From a virus (lineage: Duplodnaviria > Caudoviricetes), in the IMG/VR virus record IMGVR_UViG_3300005512_000096, positions 1-40,333 of that record: DNA of 40,333 bases, one strand, 5' to 3'. A model generated the notes under the pieces. It was not told where the DNA came from. It did no database searches and saw only the letters and a program-made list of their open reading frames with translations. This document shows positions 34,136-40,333 of the stretch, piece after piece (within the stretch, counting starts at the first letter, position 1; every line of letters begins with the position of its first letter). Both the position numbers and the translations under genes were made by a program.

Positions 34136-36238
34136 ATGTCTGATAATTTTCTACAACCCCCTGACGATGATCAGGTTGTAGTCGTTGATCCTGATGAAAA
34201 CATGCCGGGTCTTGCCGGTTACGTTCGTCGTAAGTTTGAAGATTCTGAAAACGGTCGGTATGCTTACGAGCAACGCTGGCTAAAAGCATTTAAAAACTTT
34301 CGTGGTATTTACGACTCTACAACTAAGTATCGTGAAACTGAACGTTCGAAGGTATTTATCAAGATTACCAAAACAAAAGTCTTGGCTGCTTATGGGCAGA
34401 TCATTGATATTTTGTTTGCGAATAAAAAGTTTCCGTTAGTTATCGAACCAACTCCCGTCCCTGAAGGAATCGCGGAGTTTGCTCATTTAAAGACACCTCT
34501 AGATGAGATTATCGACCCTTACGGTTATGAAGGGGATGGTAGAGAATTAAAACCCGGTGCAACAGAAGCCACTCCCAATGGAGATTTTCTTGGCGGGTTA
34601 AAAAATAGATATGCCGGTGCTCCTATAGCGGAAGGTCCATCTCTTGCAGGTGAACCTCAAATTTCTCCGGCGCAAAAAGCTGCTTTAAATATGGAAAAGC
34701 AAATTCACGATCAGCTTCTCGATACTAGCGCAGTAAACGTATTTCGTAGTGCAGTCTTTGAAGCTGCACTTTTAGGAACAGGCATAGTAAAAGGGCCGTT
34801 TAACTTTTACAAGCGTATCAATCGTTGGGAAAGAAATGATCAAGGTGATCGTACATACAATCCTTACGAAAAAACTGTTCCTCGCATAGAGCACGTTTCA
34901 GTCTGGGACTTTCATCCTGATCCATCTGCAACTAACATCGAAGACTGTGAATACGTGATTCAACGCCACAGAATGAATCGTCAACAGCTACGTGCTTTGA
35001 TTAATCATCCTTATTTTTACGCGGATGCAATTGAAGATGCAATTGCTAAAGGATCGAACTACACCGACAAGTACTACGAAGATACTATTCGGGAAGACGA
35101 GACAGAAGCTTACTATCAAGAAAATCGTTTTGAGGTTCTTGAATACTGGGGCGTTTTGGATGCTAAGTTTGCTAACGAAGTTGGCATGGATGTTCCTAGT
35201 AGCATGGGACCAATGGATCAAGTACAAGTTAACGTGTGGGTTTGCGGAGAAGAAATTCTTCGTTGCGTTTTAAATCCGTTTACACCTGCTCGTATTCCAT
35301 ACCAAGTATTTCCGTACGAAATCAACCCCTATCAGATGTGGGGTGTTGGCGTAGCAGAGAACATGGAAGATGCTCAGATGCTGATGAACGGTCACGTTCG
35401 GATGGCAATCGACAACCTCGCTCTTGCCGGTAACTTGGTGTTCGATGTAGACGAAGCAAGCTTGGTTCCCGGACAGAATATGGATATCTTCCCCGGAAAG
35501 ATATTCCGCCGTCAGTCTGGAGTAACAGGAACAGCAGTTAACGGACTAAAGTTTCCTAACACCGCACCTGAAAACATTCAGATGTATCAGATCAGTCGTC
35601 AACTTGCAGACGAAGAGACGGGCCTTCCATCGATCATGCACGGTCAAACAGGCGTAGCTGGAACGGGCCGAACAGCATCTGGACTATCCATGCTTCTTGG
35701 TGGTGCAAGTCTGTCGCTCAAGACTGTAATTAAGAACATAGATGATGCTCTGCTGAAACCGTTGGGTGAGGCGTATTTCCAGTGGAACATGCAGTTCAAT
35801 GAGGACGCTCCCGATATCGAAGGTGACCTAGAGATCAAACCTCGTGGCGTAGCTGCAGTTATGCAGAAAGAAGTCCGCAGCCAAAGACTTACAACCCTGT
35901 TGCAAACTGTGTCTAATCCTATGCTGGCACCGTTTATTAAGATACCAAATCTGATGCGTGAACTTGCTATCGCACAAGATATCGATCCAGATAGCTTGGT
36001 AAACGATGTAAACGAAGCACAGATTTTTTCAGAGATGTTGAAAGGATTGGCACAAAATGCTCAACAAGGAACAGGCCCGGAAGGTCAGCAGCCTAGTAAC
36101 CAACAAGGAAGCATGGAACAGTCTGGAGACGTACCTGCAGGAGCAAATCCAGATGACGCTTCAGGCGTTGGTGGGGGCCAGATCGGAACTGGAAGTGTTC
36201 CGTCTGCAGGGGAAGATAACTTCACTGGAAATGCTTAA
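34136..36238 (+). CDS. Portal protein (700 aa)
   Basis: Size and position between TerL and scaffold/MCP; GTGIVK, DFHPDP, WGVGVAE, TASGLSML motifs of podovirus portals. Confidence 0.9.
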   Translation: MSDNFLQPPDDDQVVVVDPDENMPGLAGYVRRKFEDSENGRYAYEQRWLKAFKNFRGIYDSTTKYRETERSKVFIKITKTKVLAAYGQIIDILFANKKFPLVIEPTPVPEGIAEFAHLKTPLDEIIDPYGYEGDGRELKPGATEATPNGDFLGGLKNRYAGAPIAEGPSLAGEPQISPAQKAALNMEKQIHDQLLDTSAVNVFRSAVFEAALLGTGIVKGPFNFYKRINRWERNDQGDRTYNPYEKTVPRIEHVSVWDFHPDPSATNIEDCEYVIQRHRMNRQQLRALINHPYFYADAIEDAIAKGSNYTDKYYEDTIREDETEAYYQENRFEVLEYWGVLDAKFANEVGMDVPSSMGPMDQVQVNVWVCGEEILRCVLNPFTPARIPYQVFPYEINPYQMWGVGVAENMEDAQMLMNGHVRMAIDNLALAGNLVFDVDEASLVPGQNMDIFPGKIFRRQSGVTGTAVNGLKFPNTAPENIQMYQISRQLADEETGLPSIMHGQTGVAGTGRTASGLSMLLGGASLSLKTVIKNIDDALLKPLGEAYFQWNMQFNEDAPDIEGDLEIKPRGVAAVMQKEVRSQRLTTLLQTVSNPMLAPFIKIPNLMRELAIAQDIDPDSLVNDVNEAQIFSEMLKGLAQNAQQGTGPEGQQPSNQQGSMEQSGDVPAGANPDDASGVGGGQIGTGSVPSAGEDNFTGNA

Positions 36239-36287
36239 AGGCTTAAAAAAAGACTATGATGCTGCTGTAAAAGCAAGGGATATCTAG
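36057..36287 (+). CDS. Small helical protein downstream of the portal
   Basis: AAGGA upstream; EVFRLQGKI motif; overlaps the portal 3' end and abuts the next ATG. Confidence 0.75.
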   Translation: MLNKEQARKVSSLVTNKEAWNSLETYLQEQIQMTLQALVGARSELEVFRLQGKITSLEMLKGLKKDYDAAVKARDI

Positions 36288-38396
36288 ATGGTTGCGTATT
36301 ATAATGTATTGGGGTTGCAAAACTATCGTGAACCTACATACAGTACAAATATATCGTACGCAGGTAGACCTACGCCACAAGCATACGCTCCCTATCCCAT
36401 TTACGGTATAGGCACTGGTAGGGCTTCGGCAACAGGCAATGTTGGTACAACTATTTCAATAGAGGGTGCTGGCGGAGATGAGCCGGGTGGCGGTCCTGAT
36501 ACAACAGACGGTGGTATAAACTTTGAATCTGATAGTTTTTTAGGAACTATTAACGATTACGCAGCAGAACAGGTAGAGTCCTTTTTTGGATTTCCTACGG
36601 AAATTAACCAACTGACCGGTACGATGAGAGCAACCGGAATACCTGATGTGCTTGCAGCAATGATGCCAATGCACATGTCGGCTCTCGTGTCGCTAGGTGC
36701 TGCAATTAGTCAAGAAAACCTTGAAAATATTTTTGAGAGCCAGAAAGCTGGAAAAAAAGGGTACGGAGTAGCCACGCTAGACGGTAGAATTCTTGGCGTT
36801 TCTCCTAACGCAATATCTACAGCTTTTGGTATGAGTCCTACGGATGCTGGGGTTTTGTCTGGTACCATACCTGACGCTCCCCCCGGAATAAGCCAATCAG
36901 CGTATGAAGCTGCAATTATAGATGCGCTTCAAAACGTACAATCTGTCCCCGGAAGACCAGCTATTAGCGGAATAGGACCGCCTACCCCCGCTACAATCGG
37001 AGATATAACTGCGGCAGTCAATCAGGCAGTATATGGTTCTCCTGCTGGTCCAGATGCCCTCGCTAATACTACGGGAATGGTATTTGGCTACACTGCAAAT
37101 CCTTTTGGTAAACCGGGGATGATGAAAACTCCCATAATGACAAAGGAAGACTTGCCTGTTACTAAGGAAGGCTTTAAGAGTAGCGACTTGGGTTTTGATC
37201 CAAGCTTTGGTTACGATCCGTACGACGATACTAATCCCCCTCAAGACACCGCATTTTTTGATGACGAATTAGATGTGACACCGGAGGTGGCATCAGATAT
37301 AAGCGGCGATGAGCCTGAAAGCGGTCCAGACAGTGCTGATCCGGGCGGCGGAACAGATTGGGCAACTGGCGGACGCATTGGTATGCAAAACGGCGGCACA
37401 GCTATTACCGAAGGTTTCGTCAACAAAGATCCGTCTACAGTACCTGACGACATGTCTATCGCTGACAACCGCTACACCTCAGTCAAAGCCGGTTCGTTTG
37501 TAGTCAATCAACCAGCAAATGAAAAAAACAAAAAGATGCTGGATAAGGTTGTAGGCGAAGCAACCAAACGAACCAAGATGAAAAAGGGCGGCAAGACAAG
37601 CATGGTAGACGTTGCGCTGTCCGACGGTGAACGCCTAATCGAACCAGAAGTCGTAGCAACCATCGAAAAGAAGTACGGCAAAAATTTCTTAGACAAGATT
37701 AACGACGAAGGCAAGCCCGAAGTCAAACGTCGTCAAGCCAAGTACGGCGAAAAGATTGGCGCAGCACAGGGCGGCGGCTTCTTGGCTGATCAAGGTATGG
37801 AACTTGGTGACGTAGGTGAAGACATCGACATGGAAGAGTACCTTCCTGTATCTGACGAACTGAAGGCAAAGCTATCCAAATTTGCAAGCCGTAAGCCACA
37901 ACGCGGACAGATCAAACAGTTCATTAGAAGCTTATCCCCAGAAGACAAGTTAACTGTGTTGTTCTTGACTGAAACCCAGTCTACGACCGATCCTATCGAA
38001 AGCATGGAAGCAATCGGGGAAGTAGTTAAAAATCGTATGAATTCTGACTACTATGATTTTAAAAATCTAAAAACTCTAGACGATGTTCTATTAAAACAAA
38101 TTGCAAAAAACAAGTCGTTTCAGTTTTCAGGTTTAGAGCCAACCACTTTTTACGATAGAGCAGTTGAGGTAAAAAAGGGTCTTGCAGATAAGGGTCTTGC
38201 AAAAGCTGCAGCAGCGGCACAAAATGTCCTTGATCCTGAAACGGAAGGCGTACAGCGACTTCCAGCGAATACATTATTTTATACACGTAAAGACGCTCCT
38301 AGCCAGTGGATGCGTGAATCAAAAAAATTAGAGTTTTCTACGGAACTGGGCGGACATGAGTTTTACCGCACGTTCGCAGCACCAGAATTTCCGTAA
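36288..38396 (+). CDS. Putative virion protein with C-terminal SleB/Hydrolase_2-like cell wall hydrolase domain
   Basis: LTE...MEAIGEVVKNRM...FQFS...LFY...W...GGHEFY pattern. Confidence 0.75.
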   Translation: MVAYYNVLGLQNYREPTYSTNISYAGRPTPQAYAPYPIYGIGTGRASATGNVGTTISIEGAGGDEPGGGPDTTDGGINFESDSFLGTINDYAAEQVESFFGFPTEINQLTGTMRATGIPDVLAAMMPMHMSALVSLGAAISQENLENIFESQKAGKKGYGVATLDGRILGVSPNAISTAFGMSPTDAGVLSGTIPDAPPGISQSAYEAAIIDALQNVQSVPGRPAISGIGPPTPATIGDITAAVNQAVYGSPAGPDALANTTGMVFGYTANPFGKPGMMKTPIMTKEDLPVTKEGFKSSDLGFDPSFGYDPYDDTNPPQDTAFFDDELDVTPEVASDISGDEPESGPDSADPGGGTDWATGGRIGMQNGGTAITEGFVNKDPSTVPDDMSIADNRYTSVKAGSFVVNQPANEKNKKMLDKVVGEATKRTKMKKGGKTSMVDVALSDGERLIEPEVVATIEKKYGKNFLDKINDEGKPEVKRRQAKYGEKIGAAQGGGFLADQGMELGDVGEDIDMEEYLPVSDELKAKLSKFASRKPQRGQIKQFIRSLSPEDKLTVLFLTETQSTTDPIESMEAIGEVVKNRMNSDYYDFKNLKTLDDVLLKQIAKNKSFQFSGLEPTTFYDRAVEVKKGLADKGLAKAAAAAQNVLDPETEGVQRLPANTLFYTRKDAPSQWMRESKKLEFSTELGGHEFYRTFAAPEFP

Positions 38397-38405
38397 GAAG
38401 AATCC

Positions 38406-38473
38406 GTCAGCTACCCGCACTTAACGCGGCCCTGACACAACCGGAGCGGCTACCCACAGCCATGTGGCCCCGC
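38406..38473 (+). promoter_or_regulatory. Tandem structured RNA element in the scaffold gene leader
   Basis: Two hairpins with different stems but the same CUAC/CC internal loop, ending 5 nt before the GAGGT RBS. Confidence 0.65.
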
Positions 38474-38489
38474 AACATGAGGTAAAACA

Positions 38490-39368
38490 ATGGCAAAACA
38501 AAAAGTACGCGGACACCGCGCAAACAAACCCAATGATTCCTTTGGAACAGTCAACGACGAAGGTCTATATCGTGGAAAATACCGGGATGAGGTATACGAA
38601 GACGATGATGACAACGTTGAAGTAGAAGCGCAGCAAGAAGAACCAGAAGAGAAAGAAGCAACATCCTTTGTACAAGGGTCCGAAGAAAGAGACCATGACT
38701 ACAAAAAACGTTACGACGATCTCAAACGTCACTACGACGAAAAGGTACAAGCCTTCAAGCAGCGTGAAAAAGAGATGGAACAGGCTATGCAGTCTGCAGC
38801 CGCAAGCCAAAACATTACTCTGCCAAAATCACCAGAAGAACTCGAAAGGTTCAAGCAAGAATACCCAGACGTGTTCGATGTTGTAGAAACAATTGCAACT
38901 TTGAAGGCACAAGAACGGGCTTCAGGTTTGGAACAAGAAATTGAAGTTATTCGAGAACGTGAAAAGGAACTCAAGGTTCAAAGCGCATACCGTGAACTAA
39001 CGAACAATCATCCAGATTTTAACGAAATCAAAGCGGATGAAGCGTTCTTAGCTTGGTTAGACGAACAGCCGGAAAATATTTCCGACGGTATTTACAAAAA
39101 TAATACTGATGCTCGTTGGGCCTCGCGAGTCCTAGATTTGTACAAAGCAGATCAAGGTATCTCAACAAAGAAACGGACCAAATCGAATGAAGCGGCAGCA
39201 GCCGTAATTCGATCACCTAAAGCAAAAGATATTTCGTCTGAAGCTACTGGAGATAAAAAGATTTGGAAAGCTTCGCAAATCGCCCGAATGAAACCGCACG
39301 AGTTCGAAAAGCTAGAAAGCGAATTGGACGCGGCACGGTCTGAAGGGCGAATCGACTTCAACTCTTAA
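38490..39368 (+). CDS. Capsid scaffolding protein
   Basis: Acidic coiled coil, DYKKRYDDLK, HPDF, C-terminal EGRI; immediately upstream of MCP. Confidence 0.85.
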   Translation: MAKQKVRGHRANKPNDSFGTVNDEGLYRGKYRDEVYEDDDDNVEVEAQQEEPEEKEATSFVQGSEERDHDYKKRYDDLKRHYDEKVQAFKQREKEMEQAMQSAAASQNITLPKSPEELERFKQEYPDVFDVVETIATLKAQERASGLEQEIEVIREREKELKVQSAYRELTNNHPDFNEIKADEAFLAWLDEQPENISDGIYKNNTDARWASRVLDLYKADQGISTKKRTKSNEAAAAVIRSPKAKDISSEATGDKKIWKASQIARMKPHEFEKLESELDAARSEGRIDFNS

Positions 39369-39397
39369 AATAAACCTCAAAATGGAAGGAAAAGCAA

Positions 39398-40333
39398 ATG
39401 GCTTTTAATTCGGCATCAGGTTACAATAACCTGCCTTCCGGTAACTTTACACCGGAAATCTTTAGCCAAAAAGTCCTCAAGTTTTTCCGTCGCGCTTCGG
39501 TTGCTGAAGACATTACAAATACCGATTACGCGGGGGAAATTGAGAACTTTGGCGATACAGTACGTATCATCAAGGAACCAACAATCACAGTCAGTGCATA
39601 CTCACGTGGCTCAGTGGTTTCTCCACAAGACCTTGCCGACGACCAAACAACAATGGTTGTCGACCAAGCAAACGCATTTGCGTTCAAGATTGACGACATT
39701 GAAGAGCGTCAGTCTCATGTTAACTTCGAAGCCCTTGCTACCTCATCAGGTGCATACTCTTTGAAGCGCAAGTACGACTTCAATGTCCTGCAAGCAATTG
39801 CTAACGGTGCTGGCCTTGCCGGTGCTGACGACGCATCACTTGCTGGCGGTCTGTTGAACACCAACACTGCTCTGGGTACTGCCGGTACTCCAATTGCCAT
39901 CCACACATCTCAGGATAACGCTGTTAACCTGATGCTGGAAATGGCAAAGGAACTCGACGAGCAGTCTGTTCCTGAAGAGAATCGTTGGTTTGTGGCTCCT
40001 CCTGCTTTCTATGCCAAGCTGTTCGCAGCCGGTGCAAAGTTTGCAGAAGTACAGGTAACTGGCGACGGCACTTCACCTCTGCGTAACGGTCTTGTTATGC
40101 AGGGCAACATTGCTGGCTTCCGTTGCTACAAGTCAACTGCCTTGACTACTGGCGGAACTGACGCAGTTAGCATCAGTGGTGTTACTGCTGGTGCAGGTGA
40201 AGCAATTGTTTTGGCTGGTCACATGTCAGCCGTTGCAACTGCATCTCACATTGCAAAAACCGAAGTAGTTCGGTCAACTGAAACCTTCTCCGACATCGTT
40301 CGTGGTCTTCATGTGTTTGGACGTAAAGTCCTT
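39398..40333 (+). CDS. Major capsid protein, 3'-truncated by the window edge
   Basis: Read by hand: MAFNSASGYNNLPSGNFTPEIFSQKVLKFFRRASVAEDITNTDYAGEIENFGDTVRIIKEP..., open to the end; AAGGA RBS. Not in the ORF track because it has no stop. Confidence 0.92.
   Translation, partial: MAFNSASGYNNLPSGNFTPEIFSQKVLKFFRRASVAEDITNTDYAGEIENFGDTVRIIKEPTITVSAYSRGSVVSPQDLADDQTTMVVDQANAFAFKIDDIEERQSHVNFEALATSSGAYSLKRKYDFNVLQAIANGAGLAGADDASLAGGLLNTNTALGTAGTPIAIHTSQDNAVNLMLEMAKELDEQSVPEENRWFVAPPAFYAKLFAAGAKFAEVQVTGDGTSPLRNGLVMQGNIAGFRCYKSTALTTGGTDAVSISGVTAGAGEAIVLAGHMSAVATASHIAKTEVVRSTETFSDIVRGLHVFGRKVL

Noticed and set aside
39501-39906. Short track ORFs at the right end
   Set aside because: They are out-of-frame or antisense shadows of the major capsid gene starting at 39398.

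Overview
The window is most of a marine podovirus genome, about 47% GC by eye. It most resembles HMO-2011-type phages of marine Alphaproteobacteria (SAR116/Roseobacter). This is inferred from the family A DNA polymerase with a DnaJ-type CxxCxGxG insertion, the class II ribonucleotide reductase and the style of the portal/scaffold/capsid genes. Layout: (1) 1-11.8 kb, + strand, large putative internal virion/ejection proteins and small late genes; (2) 11.8-22.7 kb, - strand, replication and nucleotide metabolism (primase, helicase, split exonuclease + polymerase, SSB-like, Cas4-like nuclease, endonuclease I, MazG, DUF3310, NrdJ); (3) 22.7-28.6 kb, + strand, small early genes with host sigma70-type promoters; (4) an 800 bp non-coding region, possibly the genome terminus/packaging region; (5) 29.4-40.3 kb, + strand, TerS, TerL, portal, lytic protein, scaffold and a truncated major capsid gene. 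No phage RNA polymerase, tRNA or CRISPR array was seen. Top leads: a tyrosine recombinase domain inside a virion-like protein between TerL and portal; three candidate small RNAs (one bounded by its own promoter and terminator, two complementary to early-gene ribosome-binding regions); tandem hairpins with an identical CUAC/CC internal loop before the scaffold gene; the split polymerase; and a mosaic in-frame duplication in the largest virion gene. All protein calls come from motif recognition by eye, not database searches.
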